Positions 10,663 to 21,100 of a DNA stretch of 64,000 nucleotides are shown here, piece after piece. The position numbers and the translations under genes are program-made. Within the stretch, counting starts at the first letter, position 1, and each line of letters begins with the position of its first letter. The notes beneath the pieces were generated by a model. That model was not told the origin of the DNA. It saw nothing but the letters and a program-made list of their open reading frames with translations, and did not search any database. The DNA lies in contig JBGAHS010000005.1 of the NCBI GenBank assembly GCA_044226015.1, positions 352,001-416,000 on the forward strand, written 5' to 3'. This DNA is from Candidatus Obscuribacteraceae bacterium. GTDB taxonomy: Bacteria > Cyanobacteriota > Vampirovibrionia > Obscuribacterales > Obscuribacteraceae.

Positions 10663-10874
10663 TTTTCTAGCCTGATTTCTACTACGTGATCAAAATTCAA
10701 CACTGTGCGATCGTCTAGCACGATATACATCAAACGCTTTTCATCAAAAACTATGTTGGTTAAGAGTCCGAGGTGTTTGCTCTGAATCGCTGTTACTGCA
10801 GCCACTGTTCTGCCGACCCATTGGCGCAAGTAAATTGGACGGTCGCCACCACCACCACCTTGTCTTTCGTGCAT
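10659..10874 (-). CDS. Small protein, possibly Sm/Hfq-like fold
   Basis: AGGAGG SD before ATG 10874; 71 aa; stop overlaps the fmt start; beta-rich pattern. Confidence 0.65.
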   Translation of the reverse strand: MHERQGGGGGDRPIYLRQWVGRTVAAVTAIQSKHLGLLTNIVFDEKRLMYIVLDDRTVLNFDHVVEIRLEK

Positions 10875-11068
10875 AAGAATTTGACCTCCTGTCATAATAA
10901 ACCTCATGATAATAATACCGCCCCTGCAAGCTTTTGCTCCTGCTTGGCATGCTTGCAAGCAACAAAATTCGAACAAGAGACTTCTTTTATATTCGTTCAT
11001 CGTTTGCTTGCTATACTTTGACGTTTCTTAGTTACTGTTTTGGCTCTAGCTAACGGATTTATGCAAGC

Positions 11069-11923
11069 ATGCAAAATTTGCAGAGGTTTCCGAAAACAGC
11101 ACTGACGCTCATTCCTGCTGGACTGTGGCTTACGCTTTTCATGATTGTTCCTCTTGCAATCATCGTGGTTTTCAGTGTGGGACACCGAACTGAACTTGGA
11201 ACTTTTGCATTTGGCTTTAGCTTCGACAATTATCTGCGATTCATCCAGGGCCCATATTTGAGTTGTCTCTGGCGCTCGATAGTTCTTTCATTTGCCACAA
11301 CATCACTCTGTTTGCTGCTTGGTTTTCCAGTTGCCGCCTGGCTGGCTTTTGTTGTTCCAAAAGAAAAGCAGAACTTATTCATGGTATTGCTCACGGTGCC
11401 GATCTCAATTTCCTTTTTGTTGCGAATTTATGCCTGGATAACCATACTTAGACCGGCAGGGCTGGCTACCCATCTTATGCAAGGGCTTGGCTTCGCAAAT
11501 CCTCCTGTGCTGTTGTATACCTATTGGGCGGTTCTTTTAGGCATGGTATACAACTACGTGACTTACATGATTTTGCCACTCTATGCTTCGTTGGAAAAAT
11601 TAGATTGGCGTCTGGTTGAAGCATCATATGATTTAGGTGCCACACCTTTTCAGTCATTGTTTCGTGTTATTGTGCCACTGAGCTTCAGAGGCATTGTTGC
11701 TGGAATCATCATGGTTTTTGTGCCAAGTTTGGGCGATTATGTCACCCCCGATTTGATGGGTGGTGCCAAGAATATGTACATTGGAAGTTTGATTCAGAAC
11801 CAGTATCTAATCGTTCGTGATTGGGCCTTCGGTTCTGCTGTGTCTACCATTTTACTTCTTATCGTTGGTGTTGCAGTCTGGCTTTACCTTAAGTATGGCG
11901 AAAAAGACAGCTCTATGCTTTAG
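11069..11923 (+). CDS. Polyamine-type ABC transporter permease (PotB-like)
   Basis: LRIYAW, YMILPLYASLEKLD..LVEASYDLGA (EAA loop). Confidence 0.88.
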   Translation: MQNLQRFPKTALTLIPAGLWLTLFMIVPLAIIVVFSVGHRTELGTFAFGFSFDNYLRFIQGPYLSCLWRSIVLSFATTSLCLLLGFPVAAWLAFVVPKEKQNLFMVLLTVPISISFLLRIYAWITILRPAGLATHLMQGLGFANPPVLLYTYWAVLLGMVYNYVTYMILPLYASLEKLDWRLVEASYDLGATPFQSLFRVIVPLSFRGIVAGIIMVFVPSLGDYVTPDLMGGAKNMYIGSLIQNQYLIVRDWAFGSAVSTILLLIVGVAVWLYLKYGEKDSSML

Positions 11924-12525
11924 GGTCTAATCTTATTCAAGATTGAACCCAATCTATCGTAGTCATCTCTGAAAAGCCTTGAGATCTGCTGCCCGGCGCT
12001 GACAAGAAAAGTATATTCGTCTTCTTGTTCTTTAGCTGCAATGCGAATGCTGGCTGCCAGCAACTCATCGATTGGGACACCTGTGGTATTTTGCAAAATT
12101 CGCAAAAAATCGAATCTTTCTGTCAATTGCTGCATTTCTTGTTTTGATGCAAAATAGACAAAATCGTGCACCTCTGGTGGTGAAGGTGGTAATGAACTCA
12201 CGCATTTTTCGTGCTGTTTGTAACCTACAATCGTGGCGTAGATTTCGGTCTTTAGAAGTGCGAAAATTTGCGGTTGCTCTCGTCTCAATTCTGCTCTGGT
12301 CATTCTGAGTGCGGCTGGCTTGTGATGCTGATCTACTGAGCCAGTGATGATGTTGTGCACAACTGCGTAAACACTGAGGGATTTTTCTTCCGAGACCGCT
12401 TTGATGAAACTGCCGAAACTGGGCAGCTGCGCTACTCCACTGAAGTCGCCATCTTCAGTCCAGGCTTGCGCTGTGAAGCCCGTTATGGTTGATGTTAGTA
12501 CCTCTCCAATCGCGCTAGTGCTCAT
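11920..12525 (-). CDS. Stand-alone HAS-barrel domain protein
   Basis: IGEV..F.AQ...PSFGSFIK...YAVV...ELRREQPQIFALLKTE...LPPSPPEVH pattern of cyanobacterial HAS-barrel proteins. Confidence 0.75.
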   Translation of the reverse strand: MSTSAIGEVLTSTITGFTAQAWTEDGDFSGVAQLPSFGSFIKAVSEEKSLSVYAVVHNIITGSVDQHHKPAALRMTRAELRREQPQIFALLKTEIYATIVGYKQHEKCVSSLPPSPPEVHDFVYFASKQEMQQLTERFDFLRILQNTTGVPIDELLAASIRIAAKEQEDEYTFLVSAGQQISRLFRDDYDRLGSILNKIRP

Positions 12526-12534
12526 GGTCGCAAC

Positions 12535-13050
12535 TTAGTCCGTAGGTGGATTCAGTTTATCTGGTACGTATTCATCCTTCGAGACTTCTGGTGTGCCTTC
12601 CGGCTCGACATTCACAGAGAGACTTATCGATGTCTGATTTTTTCCATCAGACGAAATCATGATGCTTCCCTCAAGCCTGTCTTTCTTGGCTGTCAAATTA
12701 ACCAGCTCGGAAAGCATCTGATTTTGATGTAACTCCCAACCACCCTTTTTCAGTTCGGCTTGATAGAAGTCGGAAACTTTGCTTACTGGGTCGGGAGAAC
12801 TTAGCATCAAGAAACTGTTTTGTTCCTCTTCACTCTTTGCTTGCACTTCTCCAGTTGGTTTTGAATTTGGATAAATCGGCAGCAAGAATGATTTTTCTGC
12901 TGAGATGGTATCTTTGCCAGCAACAAAAGTCTGCGTCATGCCGCCAGATTTGTACGAAACCTCCTGACTTGAAGAGCAGGAACTCAGCAAAAAGGTTGCA
13001 ATAATGACAGCCAGCGAGACATTTTTTTGTTGGACTTTCAACGCGTGCAT
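12535..13050 (-). CDS. Putative lipoprotein
   Basis: Lipobox FLLSSC; LPIYPNS and VSDFYQAELKKGGW motifs; start placed at 13050 to avoid overlap with the HtrA gene. Confidence 0.7.
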   Translation of the reverse strand: MHALKVQQKNVSLAVIIATFLLSSCSSSQEVSYKSGGMTQTFVAGKDTISAEKSFLLPIYPNSKPTGEVQAKSEEEQNSFLMLSSPDPVSKVSDFYQAELKKGGWELHQNQMLSELVNLTAKKDRLEGSIMISSDGKNQTSISLSVNVEPEGTPEVSKDEYVPDKLNPPTD

Positions 13051-13124
13051 TTCAATTACCATTTCACAAGAAACTAGAATATATTCTATCCTTGAATGTG
13101 TGGCTTCTGTATGAGCTGAATCGA

Positions 13125-14306
13125 ATGCTACTTGACTTGAAAAACAAGAAATCCAATGATTTGCTGCGCCTGGCGCTTTCCACTTTGCTGATTGGCTACT
13201 TAAGTTGTGCTCATTCTTCCCTGGTTTCTGCACAGGAAGTCAATGCTCATGCTGCCAATTCCATGGGAAAGCAGCTCTTTGGACCTGACACCATAGCAGA
13301 CCTCGTTGATCAGGTGGCTCCGTCGGTTGTAAATATCGTGAGTACGAGCCAGATCAGCCGCGATCAGGCGATGAGATTGAAGCTTGATCAAAGAGGTCGC
13401 GAAGACGGCGTCCATAAATTGCGCAAGCATTTCGGTCTCGAAACTCCGACCGAGGAGATAGGTAATCAGACGAGGACAACCGGCGCTGGTATTCTGCTGC
13501 GCTCTGATGGTTATGTCTTGACTAGCTTGCATGTCGTCCGAAACGCAGACGAAGTGCGTGTGACATTGAAAGACGGTCGCCGATATGACGCCAAAGTTAT
13601 TGGGCGTGATGGCTTCAGCGACCTCGCGGTAATAAAGATTGCTGCTACTGGCTTGCCAACTGTAAGGTTCGCCGACCCGAGTAAGCTGCGCCTTGGTCAG
13701 TGGGTTTTTGCTATCGGAAATCCTTATGCCTATGAAAACTCAGTCTCGGTGGGCTTGATCAGCGGGTTGCACCGCGAAGCGAAGAATTTTACTCCCGCTT
13801 TTGGTGCTCGAACCGGAGCTCTCACGTTCATTCAAACAGATGTGCCTCTAAATCCCGGAAGCTCGGGTGGACCGCTGATAAACCTGAGTGGTGAAGTTGT
13901 TGGTATTAACAGTTTTATTCGTGATGAAGCTCAGAACATCGGTTTTGCAATTCCTGCAAATATTGTGCAAAAAATTGGTGAAGAGCTTATTGCTAAAGGC
14001 AATGCCCCACATGCTTATCTCGGTGTTGAGATGCGTGACCCTTCTGAGATCCCCACTGGGGCTGGTATTCTGCGTGGTGCCGAAGTTACTAAGGTTAAAA
14101 TTCCAAGCCCAGCCAATGCTGCTGGAATTCAAGTCGGTGACTTGATTGTGGAGATGGATTCCGCTGCGATTGACGGTCCTAATGATGTCAGCCGGGTGAT
14201 TGCCAATCATTCAGCTGGCGATCAGGTCAGTGTGCACCTGAAGCGCGCTGGAGCCGACAAGAATGTGTCAGTCAAAGTGGAAAACTTACCAGACGATTTT
14301 GATTAG
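13125..14306 (+). CDS. HtrA/DegP-family serine protease with PDZ domain
   Basis: LTSLHVV, SDLAVIK, QTDVPLNPGSSGGPL, C-terminal PDZ; exact start uncertain. Confidence 0.92.
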   Translation: MLLDLKNKKSNDLLRLALSTLLIGYLSCAHSSLVSAQEVNAHAANSMGKQLFGPDTIADLVDQVAPSVVNIVSTSQISRDQAMRLKLDQRGREDGVHKLRKHFGLETPTEEIGNQTRTTGAGILLRSDGYVLTSLHVVRNADEVRVTLKDGRRYDAKVIGRDGFSDLAVIKIAATGLPTVRFADPSKLRLGQWVFAIGNPYAYENSVSVGLISGLHREAKNFTPAFGARTGALTFIQTDVPLNPGSSGGPLINLSGEVVGINSFIRDEAQNIGFAIPANIVQKIGEELIAKGNAPHAYLGVEMRDPSEIPTGAGILRGAEVTKVKIPSPANAAGIQVGDLIVEMDSAAIDGPNDVSRVIANHSAGDQVSVHLKRAGADKNVSVKVENLPDDFD

Positions 14307-14380
14307 TTTCTCTAGCAACAAATACTTATGACAGCAAAGTACTGAACCCAATACCTTGCTTTGTTGCTACTTGTAAATAA

Positions 14381-14455
<75 letters not shown>

Positions 14456-14473
14456 GTTCCAATTTTAGAAATT

Positions 14474-14546
14474 TGGACGGTACTGGATTCGAACCAGTGA
14501 CCCCCACTATGTCAAAGTGATGCGCTACCAACTGCGCCAACCGTCC
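14474..14546 (-). tRNA. tRNA-Val (GAC), CCA not encoded
   Basis: Reverse complement GGACGGTTGGCGCAGTTGGTAGCGCATCACTTTGACATAGTGGGGGTCACTGGTTCGAATCCAGTACCGTCCA. Confidence 0.96.
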
Positions 14547-14560
14547 GGGTCAGGTTTGCC

Positions 14561-14589
14561 ATTGTATCCTGAATCAACCCCGGGTGCAA
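14561..14589 (-). promoter_or_regulatory. Sigma70-type promoter for the tRNA pair
   Basis: TTGCAC-17 bp-TACAAT ending 14 nt before tRNA-Val. Confidence 0.7.
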
Positions 14590-14651
14590 ATCACTTGTTA
14601 CACTTCTGCAAAAGGCTGCTATTTATTGACTGGCAGTCATTTGCGGACGGT

Positions 14652-15629
14652 CTATTTCACTTGCATGCTCTTGCGAACTTTTGCAGGACTGTTCAACAAA
14701 TTTAGCGGTTCTTCATTTTGTCTGTACAGTGTCAGATTCTTCGCGATGGCTTTAATAACGCCTTTTACTGATTCATCAGTGTTGCCACCGATATGAGGTG
14801 TTGCCACCACATTTCGTTTGAACAAATCGAGGTTCGGATTCTCTGGCTCTTTCTCGAATACGTCGAGTCCTGCTCCAGCGATATGTCCGTTTTCTAGAGC
14901 TTCTTCGAGTGCTTCAGTATCAACGACGGCACCGCGTCCGACATTGATGAGAAAGGCTCCAGTTTTCATTTGCGCGAGTCTTTCTTTATTGAACATATGA
15001 TGTGTCGATTTACTTTCTGGAATTGCCAGAATGACAAAATCAGCATCTTTTAGCGCCTCACCGAGTTCGTTTGTACCAAACACTTTTTCAACTCCGCAAT
15101 CCGCAGGCGCACCATGTTCAGGGTGATTTCTCACCGCTGACAATTTCATGCCGAATGCTTTTAGCCTCATTGCGAGCAATTTGCCAATGTCACCCAATCC
15201 AACTATGCAAGCTGTTTTATTCCAGAGTGCCATTCCTTGTGGCTTAAAAAATACGCCTTCATGTAAATTTTTGCGTGCGAGGTCCACATTCCTGGCTAGC
15301 ATCATCATTTGCATGATGGCTAATTCGGCTACAGATTCACCGTTTCCACTTCCTGCAGCCGGAACGTTCGCAACCCAGACACCCGATTTGGTGGCACTCT
15401 CGATGTCGACGGAGTCTACTCCAACTCCGAGTTGCTGAATCAAACCAAAAGAGCCAGCCGAGATAATAGCCGCGTCTATTTTGGCAACGGAGGGCACCAC
15501 GACATCAATTCCTTCTAAATGATTTGCAACATCTTCAGGTGCGCAGCTAATTACCTCGACACCAGGAACTAGCTTATTTAGAATCTTTGCTGCATCTGGA
15601 TAGCTTTTGTTGCAAAGGAGAATCTTCAT
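14652..15629 (-). CDS. D-isomer-specific 2-hydroxyacid dehydrogenase
   Basis: IVGLGDIG, LINVGRGAVVD, AGLDVFEKEP, TPHIGG. Confidence 0.93.
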   Translation of the reverse strand: MKILLCNKSYPDAAKILNKLVPGVEVISCAPEDVANHLEGIDVVVPSVAKIDAAIISAGSFGLIQQLGVGVDSVDIESATKSGVWVANVPAAGSGNGESVAELAIMQMMMLARNVDLARKNLHEGVFFKPQGMALWNKTACIVGLGDIGKLLAMRLKAFGMKLSAVRNHPEHGAPADCGVEKVFGTNELGEALKDADFVILAIPESKSTHHMFNKERLAQMKTGAFLINVGRGAVVDTEALEEALENGHIAGAGLDVFEKEPENPNLDLFKRNVVATPHIGGNTDESVKGVIKAIAKNLTLYRQNEEPLNLLNSPAKVRKSMQVK

Positions 15630-15688
15630 TTATCGGCTCCACGACGGGGCGTCGATCATGTCACAAAAGACTCTGAATTGCCAACAGT

Positions 15689-17017
15689 TTACTTCTTTAG
15701 TATTCGCCATTCCCATGACTCGACGTTTGTTGTCGATGGAATCACAAACGCCTCTATTTTTCCTTTTCGAATTTGATCGAGCACTTTAGCGCCTGAAAAG
15801 CCGAGTTGCTGAGACGCTTCTGTGAGGCTCAAAGAGCCTCGGGTTTGGCTTCTTTCAATCATGTCCATAAAGTAGTTCAGGTTTCTTGCTGGAACTGAAT
15901 TGGTACCAACACCAAAAATATTCAGGACCGGATTGCTCGACGTCATAACACCGACGACTTCGCCCCTGGTAGAAATTGCAGGACCTCCCGACATGCCTGG
16001 CCATGCCTTTCCACCTTTTATTGTTCGAGTGAGCCCCCCTGCGACTTCTGGACCTAAATCAGCGGTGAAGGAATTCATTGTTACTCCAATTCCTTCATTA
16101 AAGTGAGCAGGACTCATGACGAATTTTTTTCCAGGAACACCCATCAATATTCCAGGTTCACCATTTGAAAATGTTCTTGCCACAGGAAGCGGTGACATTG
16201 CAGGTCCATCTTTTACGGCTAGAATTGCGAGGTCACTTTGAGGAAACCCTGCAACTATTGCGGCATTTCCCCGCTCTGTTTTGTTCAGGAAAGTCCAATT
16301 TGTTCCTGGCTTATCTTGAATGACGTGAAACGCTGTGGCAAGCTTTTGCGGCTCGATAGCAAATGAACTGCCAATAAATCTCATTCCTGTGGCATCTGGC
16401 TCAGATGCGATGCGGTATACAGAATTGTCGAATTGTGTTTGGTATTTGTCTTTCATGAAACCAAGTATGGCTCGATTCTCAACTTGATTTGCGGCAATTT
16501 TTCCGCCAATCAAACCGCTGACCATGCCCAATGACGCGTCGAAGAGGAAAGGACCCACCGTATCGGCGATTTTTCGTGATTGTTCTTGAACATTGGACTC
16601 AGTCCGCGAATTCCATGTTTGCTGCCAGGCACCGCCCATGGTGTTGAATTGTTCCGGCAATGTTCTAACTGAATTTGCCAAAATTGAATAGGTCATTGCT
16701 GTACTGATAACCGGCACAACATAACGAAGCGGAGTATTCGCACTAGCAAAGCGCACAATTCCGTAGCTTAAACCTGCAAATCCTGCGGTTTGCAACGCTG
16801 TCTCAGGAAAATGGTTTTGTAATCTGTCTCCTGTGGTTTTGGCTAAGCCAATAGCTGAACCCCCGATGAAGACCTGAGCTTCTCTGAGCAATTTCTCTGA
16901 AAGACTGTCTTCATGTTCTAACTCTTTCGAGATAGTCAGATCGCTTAAACGGCGATAAGGACTCACGTCTATGCTTCCAGACGCTTCCATCCGTGTTGAT
17001 CCAAATGTTTCTGCCAT
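15689..17017 (-). CDS. Trypsin-like serine protease with N-terminal hydrophobic module and C-terminal excisionase-like HTH
   Basis: Triad motifs TAFHV / SDLAIL / PGMSGGP; C-terminus LSLTEASQQLGFSGAKVLDQIRKGKIEAF...WRI. Confidence 0.8.
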   Translation of the reverse strand: MAETFGSTRMEASGSIDVSPYRRLSDLTISKELEHEDSLSEKLLREAQVFIGGSAIGLAKTTGDRLQNHFPETALQTAGFAGLSYGIVRFASANTPLRYVVPVISTAMTYSILANSVRTLPEQFNTMGGAWQQTWNSRTESNVQEQSRKIADTVGPFLFDASLGMVSGLIGGKIAANQVENRAILGFMKDKYQTQFDNSVYRIASEPDATGMRFIGSSFAIEPQKLATAFHVIQDKPGTNWTFLNKTERGNAAIVAGFPQSDLAILAVKDGPAMSPLPVARTFSNGEPGILMGVPGKKFVMSPAHFNEGIGVTMNSFTADLGPEVAGGLTRTIKGGKAWPGMSGGPAISTRGEVVGVMTSSNPVLNIFGVGTNSVPARNLNYFMDMIERSQTRGSLSLTEASQQLGFSGAKVLDQIRKGKIEAFVIPSTTNVESWEWRILKK

Positions 17018-17182
17018 GCCAAACGCCCAACTGCGGTCATTTCTATCTCGCCAGCCTAAATATAGTCAGGCAGCCCAAACTTGTCTGTGGGAAGAGTACG
17101 CTGCTTGTCGAAATGCGAAAGTTCTTGGATAGCAAAGTAAATGGCGATAATACACATTCTCAAGCAGCTTTGCTGGGCCGTT

Positions 17183-18064
17183 CTAGCTTCTTGCTTTGAG
17201 ATTTCTAATACAGCGTACCAGTTCGTCTTCGATTTCTTGTACATTCTGGAAACGGTCTGCTGGTGCCTTTTCCATGCATTTCAAGATGATTGCTTCCAGC
17301 TCTTTTGGAATCTCTCGCTCGGTGTGAGTAGCCATCGCAGGTGGTTTTTCTTGTAAATGTTTCATCAACGTCAAGACTACGGTGTCACCCATCAATGCCG
17401 GTTGACCGCAGAGCGATTCGTACATGAGGCAGCCCAGTGAATAAATATCGGCTCTCTTGTCGATTTCTTTATTCGATATCTGTTCCGGGCTGATGTATAG
17501 CGGGCTGCCGAATATCTCACCCTTTCTAGTTAACTTCAATTCGTTGTCCTTTGGCATCGCAGATTTTGCGATGCCAAAGTCGAGCAGTTTTACGAAAGCT
17601 CCGTCTTCATCAGTGTCTACAATCATTACGTTCGATGGCTTCAAATCTCTATGGATTAGACCAGTTTGATGTGCCGCCTCTAACCCTCGACAAATTTGAA
17701 TAAAAGCTTCTATCGTCCAATCTAAGTCTGGCAATGTTCCAGAAACGATTATGTCATCGAGACTCTGTCCTTTCAGTAGATCGAGGACAAGGTATGGTTC
17801 ACCACTGTCCAGAAAGCCGAAGGAGTATACCTTTACAACGTTTGGGTGGAACAGTGAGTTCAGCGCTCTGGCTTCCCTTTTGAGTCTTTCGATATCAGCT
17901 TCTGAAAAATGCTCGTCGGCATTAAGTACTTTGATAGCGACTTCGAGTTCAACATTTTTGTGTTCGGCTTTGTAAACCGAAGCCATGCCGCCCTTGCCAA
18001 TGAGTCCTTGAATCTCGAAGCGATTCTCAACTATAGTGCCAACCATGTTGGAATCGTTAGCCAT
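17183..18064 (-). CDS. Cytoplasmic Ser/Thr protein kinase (kinase domain only)
   Basis: GKGGMASV, VAIK, HRDLKPSN, DFG, YISPE. Confidence 0.94.
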   Translation of the reverse strand: MANDSNMVGTIVENRFEIQGLIGKGGMASVYKAEHKNVELEVAIKVLNADEHFSEADIERLKREARALNSLFHPNVVKVYSFGFLDSGEPYLVLDLLKGQSLDDIIVSGTLPDLDWTIEAFIQICRGLEAAHQTGLIHRDLKPSNVMIVDTDEDGAFVKLLDFGIAKSAMPKDNELKLTRKGEIFGSPLYISPEQISNKEIDKRADIYSLGCLMYESLCGQPALMGDTVVLTLMKHLQEKPPAMATHTEREIPKELEAIILKCMEKAPADRFQNVQEIEDELVRCIRNLKARS

Positions 18065-18116
18065 AATAACGCCCTCACGAAAGTCATTATTCTAGCAGGT
18101 ATATATTTAGGCCAGG

Positions 18117-21100
18117 TTATCTTTGTGGTTCGAGATTATGCACGTTGCGATGTGGCACAAGGTCGATCTTGCTGATGTAAGTTCGCAGATTGTGTCCTTG
18201 CTGTTTCAATGCTGTCATTGAAGGCATAAGGTTCTGAGTCAAGCTCTTGCCGAAATTGACCAGGTGCATCAAAGGTGGTGCGGACGGAACAGGTAGAAGC
18301 TCTGGATGCGCTGTTTCTGCAGCAATAGGAGTTGCTTCGCCGCCGACTATTGTGCTTAAGAAGTTGTTTAATAGCTCGCGATCAATCTCTGTTGTACCAA
18401 TGATTGTCACCATATTTTCTGCTTTAGCATCGGCTTTCTTTGCCAGCAAGAATTCATTTACTTCAGAAGGAAGTGGCAACTCGATTTCCTGGCGGCTTCG
18501 CAGCTCGACAATTCTCTTTCCTTCCTCTACGTGTTCTGAAATGCGCAATGCATTGATGTCTGCGATCAGCCAAGCCACATCAGAATTGTGGAAGTGTTTT
18601 TCAGCAATGTCCACGAGCGTATCATTTGGTTGAACCATGTATGTTGGACGCTTGAACAGGCTGGTGATTTGAGCTGTGCTCACAGTTCCATCTGCGTTAG
18701 TGTAGGTGACGCTCAATTCGGCGTTTTCTGGTTTGTCAGATGCATCATCAGCATCCCCTTCTGGCTTTGCTTTTGCAACTGCTGCTGAGGCTATGGCTAC
18801 TGCTAGTGCGATTTCTACTCCTGTCAGATATCTCTGCTCTGAGTTCGTTAGAGATTTTTGCAATTGTGAGAGTTCGAGAACACTGAATTCACCGCTCTTC
18901 TCAGCCGCAGGAACTACCCTTCCGGTGATAGGGTCGAAACGGGAAGCGGGGGGTTCATGTCGCCCTGTAGGGTCTGCTCTTCCTGTCAAATTAGCTTCAG
19001 TCCTGCTAGTTACAGGGTCTATTCTTCCAGCTGTAGATTCGCTTCTGCCACTGCGGGCGATGCCCAGCTGTTCAGCTATGCTTTGACTTATTGCGGCATT
19101 TGCTGTGATGCGCACATTTCCAATCTGACTATTTGGAGTAAGAGCAGATTGATTAGCCGCGTTCGATCCTGGTGAAATCACTTTCCCGCTAGCATCGATA
19201 TTCAGCGTTTTGCCCATCAATCCTTGTGGATCAAAAACACCTTTATTTCCGTTCAATGCATTTGCCAGTGCAGCTGGAATCTCGGTGTTACCTTGTACCA
19301 TTTGCGTTTTCATCGCTGATAACGCTGCATCAGCCCCAGCAGTAGTACCAGTTTTTAGTGCTGCAGCTGCCGTTGCATCGAGTCCTGCTTGCATGACTGA
19401 TTTTACTGCGCTCTGTCCAAATATCTGCTCTCCTGCGGTGGTGTTGGCAGCTGTCCTTGCTGTCAACGCTGAGAGTGAAACAGGTCCAGTAAGTTCAATG
19501 ACATTTGCTGTAGTTGTAAGCTTTGATGCGTTGCGGTCACCACCTGCAATACCAATTTCAGATCCTGAGGCTTGAACTTTTACCGCTGAGGCAATTTGCT
19601 CGAGAGAGGAAGCGCCGCCCTGTTGAATTGATGCCCTGGCTAAGGTGCCGGCTGATTCAATGGATTGAGCCTGTTTGTTTACAGTTGCCTCTGCTGCTGT
19701 TGCAGCAGCTGCAGCCACGACTTGTCGTACTGGTTCTGGACCAGCTTCAGCTTTCCTGGATTCCACTGCATTCGAGTTTGCGATTTGCTCTGTTTTTGCT
19801 GCTAGTTCTTGCTTAGTTGCAGCATCGGTTTTGTTCACTGGTTCGAGCGTGCGAGATTGCTCACTAAGGTGTTCGTTTTTGTAATTATTCTCGCTTCTCG
19901 AGGGCTCGGGTGCTTTAAAATCATTGCTTCTATTTTCTGGAGCACCTTTGTTGTCCGAACTGCGACCTTCGGGTCTAGAGTCACTGGTCCGCTCAGAATT
20001 TTGATTTGTTCCGCCTTTGCTACCTTCTGTTCGCGCATCATTATTGTTGCGCGCTTCTGAGCCACCGCCACCACTCTTAGCGTCGTTATTTCGCGGTCCG
20101 CCATCGGAGGATCCTTTGTCTGAGGTCTTGAAATTGTCGAGATTTCCCTTGCTACTTTCAATGCTACCTTTACTTCCTTCGGTAGATTTGCCGTTATCGC
20201 TTGTCCCGTTTCCTTGATTGCCTTTCATTGATTCAAGATTTCCGGCAGGCGCTTTGCCACCATCTGCGGTAGCCTTCTCTGCTTGGTTATTCTCGTTAGC
20301 TAATGTTTTTGTGGCTGCTGGAGCCACGTTCTCAGTTCCACGTTGTTGATTGTTAGTATTCTCGGTGTTGCTAGGACCTTTCAAGGCTTCCAATAGCGAT
20401 TTTGAATCTCGTGGTAATTCAGGTGAATTCTTGTCGTAGACGCAAGTACGATCGACACTGCTTGTTTTGTCTAGCGAACCACTGCCTGCTGAACCAACTC
20501 TTTCAGCATTCTCTCTGCTTGTGTCACGTGAAAAACCGCTGGATGCTGAGCTGTTCTTGTCTGTCGATAAGTTTCTGTCGGCTGTTCCCAGAGGTATTCT
20601 CTGATTCTCAAGCCGTTCGGGGTTGAACATAATATCGTTCATCGACCCACGATTTGGGGATAAATTACCAGTTCCACTGGAGCCATCATTGCTGCGTGTT
20701 TCCTTCAATGCAGGGGATGGTGAGCCTGATGAGCCAGTTTCGCGAGTCAACGAAGGTGACGTCAGTTGGAAATTCTGATTGGCAATGGGCTCTTTATTGA
20801 ACATGATATTGTTCATGTCTGTGGCTCTATCATTTTTCTGGCCGACAACATTGCTGCCTGCTTCAGGAGCCTGAGCGGTCTTAGGATGCTCATCCTTAAA
20901 GTCAAGTCGGCTGGGCAAAAATGAATTTGTCGTAGCGTCGAGAGTGTAAGGCTTGGGGCTTGTCTCAGAATTTCGAGCTACGTTGGTATTATTTCGCTTC
21001 GCTTCTTCCGTATCACAAGCGCCGGCTATAAACCCGCCCTTGTTCAGCTCCGCCAGGATTCCTCCGGCTTGGGGTTTGTTTTGCGCCACTTCCAGAGGAA

